Numbered from the stretch's first letter, positions 35,504-44,916 are shown. The stretch is 64,000 nucleotides of DNA from an uncultured Pseudomonadales bacterium (GCA_958296025.1 OY282430.1:3212477-3276476); one strand, 5' to 3'. The notes: generated by a model from the letters alone, not told the origin. Numbers and translations: made by a program.

Positions 35504-38500
35504 TGGCCAGCGATTACAAGGCAATAAAGGCTAACAACGAACGGCGTTACGGCACCGATGTCGGCCGCTACGGCAAGAGGTTGCTGACCGATCTCTACGA
35601 CGACCGAACGCACTTTATCTATGAGCTTCTGCAGAACGCGGAAGACGCCCTCCGTAGGCGTACCGAAAGTCCGCCTTCCCGTACTGTCAGATTTGACCTC
35701 TCGGAGTACGCGCTGCGTATTAGCCACCACGGCAAGCCTTTTGATCGAGGGGATGTGGAGGGAGTGTGCGGTATCGCGTTAGGAACGAAGCAAGAGGACG
35801 TTACTCAGATCGGTCGCTTCGGAATCGGCTTCAAGTCCGTGTATGGCTTCACCGAACGACCCGAGATCCACTCCGGCGACGAGGACTTCGGCATCGACAG
35901 CTTCGTTTGGCCGTCGGCCCAATCGGCCATCGAACGTGACCCAGACCAGACTGTCTTCATCATGCCGCTACGCAACCCTGATGTTGATGGTGAAGAAATC
36001 GCCAAAGGGCTTCGACGTATTAGCCTCGACACCCTGCTGTTTCTACGCGAGATCGACACCATAGAGTGGTCGATCCCAGACGGCGAATCCGGTACATATA
36101 TTCGGCAGTCAGTCCCCTGGGACAAGCACAAGCATGTCCGACGAGTGACGGTCATCGGAGTGTCCACCGACCACGACGACGTCGAGAGAGATTGGCTCGT
36201 ATTCTCGAGGCCTACATATGGGGCCGCTGATGTGCTCGCAGGGCATGTCGAAGTCGCATTCCTCATGAAGGATGAACGCATCGTACCTGTATCTCACTCG
36301 CCGCTGGTGGTGTTCTTCCCCACGGTGGTGGAGACTAATCTGGGCTTCCGAATCCAAGGTCCATATCGCACGACACCAAGTCGAGATAGCGTCCCCGAAG
36401 CCGACGAGTGGAACCAACAATGCGTGGAGAATACCGGTGACGTACTTGTAGATGCGCTCGTATGGCTGCGCGACCACGAAATGCTTGATGTGGACGTACT
36501 CCGATGCCTTCCCATCGACCAGCGCAAGTTCGATGACGAAAGCAGGTTCGCGCCGCTGTATGAGAGCGTAAAAGAAGCTTTCCGTTCCCAAGAGCTGCTG
36601 CCTATATTCGGTGGGGGGTACGCGACAGCGGCTGGCGTGAAGCTCGCCCGCACGCAAGAGCTTCGGGAGCTATTCGACCGCAAGCAGCTTGAGCGGTTGT
36701 TCAAGAGTAAACACTCCATATCGTGGCTGACTGATACCATCTCCCAAGATCGAACGCCCGATCTTCGGGCGTATCTTATGGAAGATCTGGGCGTCGATGA
36801 GATCACACCGCAGACAATACTTCGGAAACTCAATACTTCGTATCTCCAGCACCAGAGCAATGGGTGGATGTGTCGGCTCTATGAGTTCCTGAAAGGGCAA
36901 GCGGCATTGCACCGGCAGGCCAAGGATGTGCCAATCATTCGGCTGTCCGATGACACACATGTACCGGCCTTCGTCGGCGATGCACCACAGGCATTCCTGC
37001 CTGGACCAGTTAAGACAGAGTTTCCGACCGTTCATGAAGGGGCATGCCGGTCAGCGGACGCAAAGCAATTCCTCCGCATGATTTGCCTCTCGGAACCACA
37101 CCTCGTTGATGACGTGATACTGTACGTGCTGCCGAAGTATGGCGAGGAAAAACTCCATATATCCGACTCCGATTACGCCGCAGACATTGATCGCATCTTG
37201 GCCGCGTCGCAAACGAAGGAAATCGACAAGCGCGGAGAGTTGATACAGCGTCTCCGCCGGACTCGATTCGTCCGTGCGGTGAATGCCGGAGACGGTGCGA
37301 CGTTCTTTGCCTCACCGGACGGACTTTACTTGGCAACGGAGCGCCTCAAGGCGTTGTTTGCCGGCATCTCTGGCATCGAAATGGTGGATGACGGTTGTGA
37401 TGCGCTTCGGCGCGGCGGCATCAGGGATCTGCTTGAGTCCTGCGGGGCCGTTCGGCATTTGCTACCAAGCAAGAAAGAGTATAGGACGTTGAACAGTCCG
37501 CTGTCAGCGGAGTTCCTAGCGAAACTGCGGGGGCAAAGCGGCCATGCCGCGACTTCCGGTTACAGTGACACCGTTACTGACTGGGCTTTGCGCGGCCTTG
37601 ACGATGTGCTGGCGCAGCTACCCTCTCTTGATGCCGAAGATCAACGCAACAGAGCAAGGTGCATCTGGGAAGAGCTAATCCAATTGGAAGAGCAGCGAGG
37701 AAGGGCAGTATTCCGCAGCGAGTACCGTTGGACGCACTATGGCAGCCATAGGCAGGAGTTCGATTCGGCCTTTGTCCGACAGCTCAACGACAGCGCCTGG
37801 ATCCCCGATCAGGAAGGAGGATTGCGGCGGCCGGATATGGTACTGTTCGATTCCCTAGATTGGCGCGATGATCCGTTCCTGCTATCCAAAATTAGCTTCA
37901 AACGGCCAGTTGTTGAGGAGCTAGCAGCGGAGGCCGGTTTCGAGCCGGCGATGCTGGACAAACTGAAAGAGCTTGGCATAACAAGCATGGTGGAACTTGA
38001 GAAGCGAGGACTGCTGGAAGACCAGGCTGGTGCGACCGGAGATGTGAGCTTGGTCAAGGATGCAGTGAATGATCTGGGCACCAATCACGAGGGCGGTAGT
38101 GGTTCGTCAAACAGCCCGTATGATGGGCCTTCAAAGAGCAACAGCCATCCTAGATCGGAGTCTGGCGGATACACGCAGCAGAAGAGACACGGGGCTGCAC
38201 CCTTCATTTCCTATGTGGCGGTTGACCGGGAAGGCGGCACGGACGATCCTGACGGGGTGAATCACGAGGAGCGCATGGCGTTGGAGGAGGCCGCCATCAA
38301 GCGAATTCTGAACCGCGAGCCGGACTGGCAAAGGACATCCATGAACAATGAAGGATTCGATCTAGTCAAGGTTGCGGAGGGCCAGCCTGTTAGCTGGTGC
38401 GAGGTGAAATCCATGAAGGGCGACCTCGAAGGACGTCCCGTAGGGCTCTCCCGCGCACAGTTCGATTGCGCTCGCGAGTATGGTGATGCCTACTGGCTCT

Positions 38501-38619
38501 ATGTAGTGGAACGGGCGGACACTGAGGACGCTCGCATCGTCCGTATTCAGAACCCGGCTGGCAAGGCGCGAACCTTCACCTTCGACAAGGGCTGGCTTGC
38601 GGTGGCGGAGTGCGATTGA
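35503..38619 (+). CDS. Sacsin-like GHKL ATPase (HATPase_c_3 type) fused to a C-terminal DUF3883 restriction-endonuclease-like domain (1038 aa)
   Basis: N-box FIYELLQNAEDAL and GRFGIGFKSVY at the N-terminus. C-terminal EEAAIKRIL...EGFDLVKV...SWCEVKSMKG...YWLYVV matches the DUF3883 pattern with D...EVK. Confidence 0.8.
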   Translation: MASDYKAIKANNERRYGTDVGRYGKRLLTDLYDDRTHFIYELLQNAEDALRRRTESPPSRTVRFDLSEYALRISHHGKPFDRGDVEGVCGIALGTKQEDVTQIGRFGIGFKSVYGFTERPEIHSGDEDFGIDSFVWPSAQSAIERDPDQTVFIMPLRNPDVDGEEIAKGLRRISLDTLLFLREIDTIEWSIPDGESGTYIRQSVPWDKHKHVRRVTVIGVSTDHDDVERDWLVFSRPTYGAADVLAGHVEVAFLMKDERIVPVSHSPLVVFFPTVVETNLGFRIQGPYRTTPSRDSVPEADEWNQQCVENTGDVLVDALVWLRDHEMLDVDVLRCLPIDQRKFDDESRFAPLYESVKEAFRSQELLPIFGGGYATAAGVKLARTQELRELFDRKQLERLFKSKHSISWLTDTISQDRTPDLRAYLMEDLGVDEITPQTILRKLNTSYLQHQSNGWMCRLYEFLKGQAALHRQAKDVPIIRLSDDTHVPAFVGDAPQAFLPGPVKTEFPTVHEGACRSADAKQFLRMICLSEPHLVDDVILYVLPKYGEEKLHISDSDYAADIDRILAASQTKEIDKRGELIQRLRRTRFVRAVNAGDGATFFASPDGLYLATERLKALFAGISGIEMVDDGCDALRRGGIRDLLESCGAVRHLLPSKKEYRTLNSPLSAEFLAKLRGQSGHAATSGYSDTVTDWALRGLDDVLAQLPSLDAEDQRNRARCIWEELIQLEEQRGRAVFRSEYRWTHYGSHRQEFDSAFVRQLNDSAWIPDQEGGLRRPDMVLFDSLDWRDDPFLLSKISFKRPVVEELAAEAGFEPAMLDKLKELGITSMVELEKRGLLEDQAGATGDVSLVKDAVNDLGTNHEGGSGSSNSPYDGPSKSNSHPRSESGGYTQQKRHGAAPFISYVAVDREGGTDDPDGVNHEERMALEEAAIKRILNREPDWQRTSMNNEGFDLVKVAEGQPVSWCEVKSMKGDLEGRPVGLSRAQFDCAREYGDAYWLYVVERADTEDARIVRIQNPAGKARTFTFDKGWLAVAECD

Positions 38620-40124
38620 CGATGGTAGTTGCCGCATCCGACATCGACATCATGATCCAGCAGGGCGAGGGCACCACGCTGGAGTTCAAGGAGGCCCTCT
38701 CGGCTGGCTTTGCTCGGGAATTGGTGGCGTTGGCGAACACCATTGGGGGCCGGATACTGCTTGGCGTGGCCGACGATGGCACGGTGAAGGGCGTCAAGGA
38801 CACCAACGCTCTGCGTGCTCGCATTCAGGACATCGCCCGTAATTGCGATCCTTCGGTGAAGGTGCTGGTAGAGCCGGTGGACGGGGTGCTCGCGGTCCAT
38901 GTGCGGGAAAGCGATGCCAAGCCGGTGCAGTGCAGCGACGGCTTCTTCTGGCGTCAGGGCGCGGTGACGCAGAAGCTCAGCCGTGATGAAATCCGGGATT
39001 TCTTCCGCGAGGAAGGGGTGATCCGGTTCGATCTTTCGCCCTGCCCCCGCTTCAGCTACCCGGAAGATTTCGACCGCGACAAGTTCGACGCCTGGCTGCG
39101 GCTATCCGGCATCACCAATAGCCCGTCGGTGGAGGATGTGCTGGTCAACATCGAGGTAGCCGAGCGGGCCGGCGACCGCTTGCTGTTCCGCAACGTCGGA
39201 GTGCTTTTCTTCGCTAAGAAGGTGCGCCGCTTCTTCTCGGAAGCCTACATTACCTGCCTGCTTGGCAGGGGCACGGACAAGGTGCATATCCTGGACCGCA
39301 AGGACTTCGACGGCGGCATCGTGGCGGACATTGAAGACGCCATGCGCTTCATCGAGCGCAACACCCGCACCGCTTACCGCATCGAGAGCCTGAGACGGCA
39401 GAACATACCGGAGTACCCGATGGAAGCGCTACGCGAGGCGATCACCAACGCCGTGATGCACCGCGACTGGTTTCTCCAAGGTGCCAACGTCTTCGTCGAA
39501 CTGTACGCCGACCGCATTGAGGTGATCAGTCCGGGCAGCCTGCCGAAGGGCGTGACCTTGGCCGATCTGGGCCACAAGAGCCTGCGGCGCAACCCGCTCG
39601 TCGCCGACCTGCTGCATCGCATCGACTTCATCGAGAAGGCGGGCACCGGCATCCGGCGCATCCGTGACGGCGCCAAGGCCGTGGACTGCCCTGAACCAGA
39701 GTTCGAGGCCGACAGCTTTGTCACGGTGACCTTCCGGCCTAACCCGGAGGTGCGACAAGCCGCTGGGGGAGAACTGCTAGCCACCCCCGAAGTCACTGGC
39801 CAAGTCACCCCGGAAGTCACCGACCAAGTCACCGGGCAAGTCACCGGGCAAGTCACCGACCAAGTCACCGGGCAAGTCACCGGGCAAGTCGCCCCGGAAG
39901 TCCGACTGCTACGGGTATTATCTGGTGAAATGACCAGGCAGGATATCCAGGAAGCCCTTGGCCTGAAACATCGGGACCACTTCAACCAAGCCTATCTGCT
40001 CCCCGCTCTTCAGGGTGGCCTGATCGAAATGACCATCCCGGACAAGCCGCGCAGCAGCAAGCAGCGATACCGTCTGACGCCCGCGGGAAGCGAATACCTG
40101 AAACGAATCGAAGAGGGACAGTAG
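38610..40124 (+). CDS. Schlafen/AlbA_2 domain protein with HATPase_c_4 (RecG-C-like) and C-terminal wHTH
   Basis: QGEGTTLEFKEALS...LANTIGGRILLGVADDGTVKGV (AlbA_2); EALREAITNAVMHRDW...IEVISPGSLP...IEKAGTGIRRI; tail MTIPDKPRSSKQRYRLT. The start is 38610 (10-nt overlap) or 38622. Confidence 0.85.
   Translation: MRLTMVVAASDIDIMIQQGEGTTLEFKEALSAGFARELVALANTIGGRILLGVADDGTVKGVKDTNALRARIQDIARNCDPSVKVLVEPVDGVLAVHVRESDAKPVQCSDGFFWRQGAVTQKLSRDEIRDFFREEGVIRFDLSPCPRFSYPEDFDRDKFDAWLRLSGITNSPSVEDVLVNIEVAERAGDRLLFRNVGVLFFAKKVRRFFSEAYITCLLGRGTDKVHILDRKDFDGGIVADIEDAMRFIERNTRTAYRIESLRRQNIPEYPMEALREAITNAVMHRDWFLQGANVFVELYADRIEVISPGSLPKGVTLADLGHKSLRRNPLVADLLHRIDFIEKAGTGIRRIRDGAKAVDCPEPEFEADSFVTVTFRPNPEVRQAAGGELLATPEVTGQVTPEVTDQVTGQVTGQVTDQVTGQVTGQVAPEVRLLRVLSGEMTRQDIQEALGLKHRDHFNQAYLLPALQGGLIEMTIPDKPRSSKQRYRLTPAGSEYLKRIEEGQ
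39789..39905. repeat. In-frame 12-nt tandem repeat (caagtcaccggg-like, about 9-10 units)
   Basis: Encodes EVTGQVTPEVTDQVTGQVTGQVTDQVTGQVTGQVAPEV within the AlbA_2 gene. Confidence 0.9.
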
Positions 40125-40310
40125 ATGCCGAAGATCGACATCACGAAGACCGAATTGGTCTGGCCCGGCAAGTACGACGAGGACGGGGCCTTGCGTGAAG
40201 CGCCCAGAGCAAGCTTACCGTTCCAAGTGATTGAGACGGTGAACGAAAGCCGCGCCACTCGTGACGCTACGCGGCCTAATAAAATGTCGCCTCCTTTGCC
40301 ATGGACTTGA
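40125..40310 (+). pseudogene. N-terminal stub of a Mod-type (type III-like) DNA methyltransferase
   Basis: MPKIDITKTELVWPGKYDEDGALREAPRASLPFQVIETVNESRATRDA is the conserved N-terminus of COG2189-type methylases. The reading frame ends after 61 codons with no catalytic domain. Confidence 0.6.
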
Positions 40311-40388
40311 TGGAAACGTCCGGGTCCTGGAACTTGAGCGCTACGCCGGGTTCGCGGAGCGACTTGGGAATTGCGGAAAGGGGGTCCA

Positions 40389-41522
40389 TCAGCCGGCATG
40401 GGCCGCGATATAGGCCATCAGGCTAGGGATGCCCGGCCGCCACAGGTCTTCCTCGTTCGGCGAGTTCCAGACATAGCCCAATTCGGCTAAGCCGTCACGA
40501 TGCTCATCCACATTCTGGGCGGACGCATCGGCCGGCAAGGCCGCGGCGATGGCAGCGTCAAGTTCATGCTCCCTGAGCTGTCGCCTGGCGTCGAAGGCCC
40601 CAGCCAGTTGCGCCGCCGTGCGGAGCAGCCCCAAACGCTTCAACTCCTCGCGCCGATCGTCGTAGTAGGCTGACCGCTCCATGTCGAAGCGCGGTTTCGC
40701 CTTGGCAACCAAGGCTTCATCGATCCGGGTTGCCCCGCTTTCGTGCGCCATCACCCACAGGGCCGCGCCCCAAAGTTGCAGGAAATAGGGGTAACACTGA
40801 CTTTCCCCAACCACTTGCCGCAAAGCGCCACTGTCGAAGGAGATCGGCGGTTTTTGCTCCGCCAGCGGCTGCGCCAACGCTTGGGCGGACGCCACCTCGT
40901 CAAGCAAGCCGATTCCCAGCTTTTGACCCCGGCTCCAAAAAGTGGCCGACATGCCGTTCAAGTGCGTCTGCAACCCAGGGGTGCCGGCCATGACGAGCAT
41001 AAACGGCGCTTCGGCGCTAACCGACTGGCTGGCGTTGAGCAGGACTTGACCCACATCCTCCCTCAGCGTATGGGCTTCGTCGAGCAGCAAAACCAGAGGT
41101 CGCCGCTGGCAGCGCACAGCCAACAACCGGGTTAAGGAGCTAGGACGGTTGCCTAGCTTCCAGCCAAGCCGCCCGATGCCGATGGCGAAGGACAGGGCAG
41201 CCGGGCGCAACGAGTTGAATCGACTAGGCGGCGCCAATAGAGTGGCCAACTCGTCGAGACTCGGTATTTCAGCGGGCGTTAGCCAAACCACGTCCACCTT
41301 TTGCTTCGCCGCCTCGAGTTGATGTTGGAACCAACGCAGCAGGGCTGTTTTGCCGTTGCCTCGGGGGCCGGACAAAACCAAGTTTCGGGGTGCGCCTTTG
41401 CCGGCCTTTAGGTAAGCCAGCAAGGCGTTCAATGCGCTTTGCTCGGTGCCCCTGCCGGCCAAACAGGGCGGTAATTGACCGTGGCCCGGCACAAACGGAT
41501 TGACGGCGGATGATGCGCTCAT
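40389..41522 (-). CDS. ORC/Cdc6-like AAA ATPase (ATPase_2-type)
   Basis: FVPGHGQLPPCLAGRGTEQ..., Walker A LSGPRGNGKTALL, Walker B LVLLLDEAH, YPYFLQLWG lid motif. Confidence 0.75.
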   Translation of the reverse strand: MSASSAVNPFVPGHGQLPPCLAGRGTEQSALNALLAYLKAGKGAPRNLVLSGPRGNGKTALLRWFQHQLEAAKQKVDVVWLTPAEIPSLDELATLLAPPSRFNSLRPAALSFAIGIGRLGWKLGNRPSSLTRLLAVRCQRRPLVLLLDEAHTLREDVGQVLLNASQSVSAEAPFMLVMAGTPGLQTHLNGMSATFWSRGQKLGIGLLDEVASAQALAQPLAEQKPPISFDSGALRQVVGESQCYPYFLQLWGAALWVMAHESGATRIDEALVAKAKPRFDMERSAYYDDRREELKRLGLLRTAAQLAGAFDARRQLREHELDAAIAAALPADASAQNVDEHRDGLAELGYVWNSPNEEDLWRPGIPSLMAYIAAHAG

Positions 41523-41845
41523 GCCTTGAGAATAGCAGACAAGTCCCTTGGCTGGTTATTTCCACTAAAGCCGTCGACAATCTCCTATGCCCCCGGTCAG
41601 CCGAAGGGAGACCCCTTGGAAAGGGATGGAGACCTTGCCGGGCCGACTACTCTACTCCACCAATTGTCCGCCGAAGCCGACCCGCCCCTTGGCATCTGGC
41701 GCGTAGAGCACATGCACGTTCTCGCACGGACGCTTAAGTGTTCGCGGGTTCGCTGTTGAACAAATCACCCAGTTCGTCGGCGATAACCTGCAACAGCTCC
41801 CGGCGCGGCGGCCCGCCGTCGGCAGCGCTTGCGACAAGTTCAATG

Positions 41846-41995
41846 TCAATGATTGGCATGTCGTTCGTCGAACTGATCGAAATAGTAGGTGTTGCCGTCC
41901 GTGTCGCGAAACATGGACATGAATCCGCCCCAGGGCTGTCTCTCGGGCAGCATGGAAAACTCGACGCCCCGCAGCAAGTACCGGAAAACCTTGCT
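41846..41995 (-). pseudogene. C-terminal fragment of a VOC/glyoxalase-family protein
   Basis: Hand translation gives ...LRGVEFSMLPERQPWGGFMSMFRDTDGNTYYFDQFDERHANH*. Only ~50 codons, with no plausible full-length start. Confidence 0.4.
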
Positions 41996-42002
41996 AGCTC
42001 CG

Positions 42003-42608
42003 CTACGGCATCGGCTGGCCAAGAAACTCCATCAGTCCATTCACCACATATTTCTCTGAAGGTGCAACTTTGCGCTGCTTGCGCTTGTCGATATCCGCGA
42101 ACATCGTCAGGCCCTCCAAGGTGGCCATGACGAAGATGGTGCGCCGCCGCGCCTCGGCGTTCGACAGGCCGGCGTTGAACTCGCCCACCATGTCCGCCAG
42201 GATGGCGACGTTGCGCTCGTAGAATTCATCCATCAGTTCGGCGGCGAACTCGGCCAGTCTGGCCCGCGCCCAAAGCTGGTAGAAGAAGCCCGCCGTCTCG
42301 TCGTGCAAGTTCGCCTTGTAGTGGCCGGATATTCTGGCCCTTAGGATGCTGTCCGGCGAATCACCGGCGCGTACCACCATGCGGTTGATCTGTTCGCGCT
42401 CCTTCGCCAGCGCATCCTCAAAGGCAGCCCGGAACAACTGCTGCTTGGTCTTGTAGTAATACTGCAGGGTGGCCAGCCGAATGTCCGACTCCTCCGCCAC
42501 ATAGCGCAGGCTGAGGGCGGAGAAGCCCTCGCTGACCAGTATGCGTTTGGCCACGTCAAGGATGATTCGGTTGCGCTCATGCGCCTTCAGGCGCTTGGTG
42601 GGCTTCAC
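42003..42608 (-). CDS. TetR/AcrR-family transcriptional regulator
   Basis: HTH region RNRIILDVAKRILVSEGFSALSLRYVAEESDIRLATLQYYYKTKQQLF. GTG 42608 overlaps the receptor stop (GTGA). Confidence 0.85.
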   Translation of the reverse strand: MKPTKRLKAHERNRIILDVAKRILVSEGFSALSLRYVAEESDIRLATLQYYYKTKQQLFRAAFEDALAKEREQINRMVVRAGDSPDSILRARISGHYKANLHDETAGFFYQLWARARLAEFAAELMDEFYERNVAILADMVGEFNAGLSNAEARRRTIFVMATLEGLTMFADIDKRKQRKVAPSEKYVVNGLMEFLGQPMP

Positions 42609-44827
42609 CGAAGGCTCGCGTAAACCGTGACGCCGTAGGTTCTGGGGTTGCCGTAAATATCGTTGGCGATGCCAAGCCCGGAAACGTCCACGGAATACAG
42701 GCGGTATTCCTCCTCCGCCAAGTTGTTGACGAACGCGGCCAGCGACCACCGACCGCCGGGGAAAGCGTACTGCGCCCGCGCATTGGCCACCATGTAGGAA
42801 CCTTCCCGGTCAAGCGGAGCGCAGAGCACGGAAAAGCAAAAGCCGTCGCTGTAGTTGAAGTCCGCCTGCACGGAGGCGGTGCCGCCGCCAAGCGGCCAGC
42901 TGAAACGCGCTAGACCGTTGAAGGAGAAGTCCGGCGCATAGGGCAGTTCCGTGTTCCGCACCGTGGCGCCATCCGGAAACACCACGTCCTTGACCTTGCT
43001 GTCCATCCAGGCCGCGCCCAGCGACAAGTCCAAGCCGCTGAACGGGCTGGCGGCCAATTCCACTTCGACGCCGGCCGCCTCCGCATCCACGTTGACGATG
43101 TCCAAGGCGGCGATAACGCCGGTGGTGGGGTCCACCACGAACGCTTGGTAGTCCGCATAGTCGTAGAAGAATGCGGCGGCGTTCAGCCGCGCTCGACCAT
43201 CGGCGAAGTTCGCCTTTAAGCCGATCTCGACGCTTCTAAGCTCCTCCTCGTCGTGCGGGGTCAGCAGGTTCGGGGCGCCTATGCCCAACCTGAAGTTGCC
43301 GGCCTTGTGGGTCTGAGTGATGCCGGCGTAGGCCAAAACGCCGTTGCCCGAGCGCCAATTCAATTGCGCCTTGTAGGAGAAATTGTTGAAGCCCAAGTCC
43401 CCAGAGTGCGGAATGTTGGGGCCGCCGCCGAAATTGTCGAAGCCCACATAGTCCGCCTTGCGGTCGTCCTCCGTGTAGCGAACGCCCAAGGTTGCGGACA
43501 GCTGCTCGCCAAGGTCGTATTCGCCTTGCGCGAACAACGCCCAAGACTGGGTTTTGATGGTGGAATCATGCCCGCCAGTGTTCACCACCTGGCCGAAGTC
43601 ATCGCCTTCCCCGAAGGTGAAGAAGTCCAAGTCGAAAAACGCGCCGACGTCCGTGTCGATGTTGAGGTAGTAAACCCCCGTCTGCCAATTTAGGCGCTCA
43701 TTCGCCCCGTGCAGGCGCAGTTCCTGGGAGAATTGGTCGAAATCCTGCGTGGTCTCAAAGATGAAGTAGGGAAACGGGCTGCTGTCCGCGTCCTCCCGAT
43801 AGTCCTTCTCCATGCCCAACAGGTTGCTCACGGAGGTGAGCGCCACCGAATCGTTGAGGTCCCAAGTAATTTGCAGGTTGCCGCCGACGATTTCCCTTGT
43901 AAAAAAGCCGCTGTCGTCGTATTCGCCGGCGAATGGGTCGCCGTCCGCATCCCGGTAGCCGTTGAAGTCGGTGCCTGGGCCGAGGCCGAAGCCGTTGTAG
44001 TCCTCGTCGTCCGGTATGCGCTCGCCTAGGCCCAAGGCGTTCTGCAAGGTGGCGTCATGCTGGTAGGCGTTGCCGTTGCTGTCGTCTTGGGAGTAATGGA
44101 CCTTGGCCAGCACATCGACGGTGTCGGACGGTTGCCATGCCACTTGCAGGCGCACCGCGAAGGAGTCCGCATCGCGCAGGTCGTCCCCGGCGGCGTTTTC
44201 CAAGTAGCCGTCGTTTTTGTCCAGCGCTGCGGAGAGCCTAGCCTGCAAGCCCTCCGCCAAGCCGCCGCCGATGGCGCCTTCCAGCTGGGTGGCGCCGTAG
44301 TTGCCCAGGGTTGCGCTGGCGTAGCCGTCCGCCTCCTCCGTGGGGGCGGCGCTGATGAAGTGGACCAGGCCGCCAGTGGCGTTGCGCCCGAACAGGGTGC
44401 CTTGCGGGCCGCGCAGCACCTCCACCCGCTCAATGTCGAACAGCTGCACATGGGCACCGCCCATGGCGCTGACGTAAGCGTCGTCCACAAACATGGCGAT
44501 GGGCGGCTCAAGGTGGTCGGCAAACTCGTTCTGGGACACCCCCCGGATGTTGATGTTGGTGACGGAAGGATGGAATTGGATGATGTTCAAACTGGGCGCT
44601 TGGGCGGCGATGTCGATGGAGTCCGTATAGCCCAGCTCCCGCAGCGCCTCACCGGAAAAGGCCGTCACCGCAAGGCCCACGTCCTGCAGATTCTGCTCGC
44701 GCTTTTGCGCCGTGACGACGATTTCCTCCAGAGTTTCGCCCTGCGCGTAAGCGGCCCCGCCCCAAGGCGCCGCAAGCAGCAGCACGGCGGTGGCCAAGGA
44801 GTTTCTGAGTCGATTGGGTTGCTGCAT
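42605..44827 (-). CDS. TonB-dependent receptor
   Basis: Signal peptide, plug domain start EEIVVTAQKREQNLQDV, 740 aa beta-barrel profile. Confidence 0.9.
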   Translation of the reverse strand: MQQPNRLRNSLATAVLLLAAPWGGAAYAQGETLEEIVVTAQKREQNLQDVGLAVTAFSGEALRELGYTDSIDIAAQAPSLNIIQFHPSVTNINIRGVSQNEFADHLEPPIAMFVDDAYVSAMGGAHVQLFDIERVEVLRGPQGTLFGRNATGGLVHFISAAPTEEADGYASATLGNYGATQLEGAIGGGLAEGLQARLSAALDKNDGYLENAAGDDLRDADSFAVRLQVAWQPSDTVDVLAKVHYSQDDSNGNAYQHDATLQNALGLGERIPDDEDYNGFGLGPGTDFNGYRDADGDPFAGEYDDSGFFTREIVGGNLQITWDLNDSVALTSVSNLLGMEKDYREDADSSPFPYFIFETTQDFDQFSQELRLHGANERLNWQTGVYYLNIDTDVGAFFDLDFFTFGEGDDFGQVVNTGGHDSTIKTQSWALFAQGEYDLGEQLSATLGVRYTEDDRKADYVGFDNFGGGPNIPHSGDLGFNNFSYKAQLNWRSGNGVLAYAGITQTHKAGNFRLGIGAPNLLTPHDEEELRSVEIGLKANFADGRARLNAAAFFYDYADYQAFVVDPTTGVIAALDIVNVDAEAAGVEVELAASPFSGLDLSLGAAWMDSKVKDVVFPDGATVRNTELPYAPDFSFNGLARFSWPLGGGTASVQADFNYSDGFCFSVLCAPLDREGSYMVANARAQYAFPGGRWSLAAFVNNLAEEEYRLYSVDVSGLGIANDIYGNPRTYGVTVYASLR

Positions 44828-44916
44828 TGTCCACCTCCTCGTCCTGTCGAACGGTTAGTCCATCGCGTTCAAGCCGGTTGCCCGGCGGCAAGCGCCGCCA
44901 ACATAGAGGATTTGCT

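Noticed and set aside
39789-39905. Regularly spaced short repeats, considered as a possible CRISPR-like array
   Set aside because: The units are 12 nt with no spacers. They are perfectly in frame inside a conserved gene and encode a peptide linker. This is not a CRISPR array.
41526-42130. Several 60-130-aa ORFs on both strands between the ATPase gene and the TetR gene
   Set aside because: None has motifs. The only recognisable piece is the VOC-family C-terminal fragment, reported as a pseudogene.
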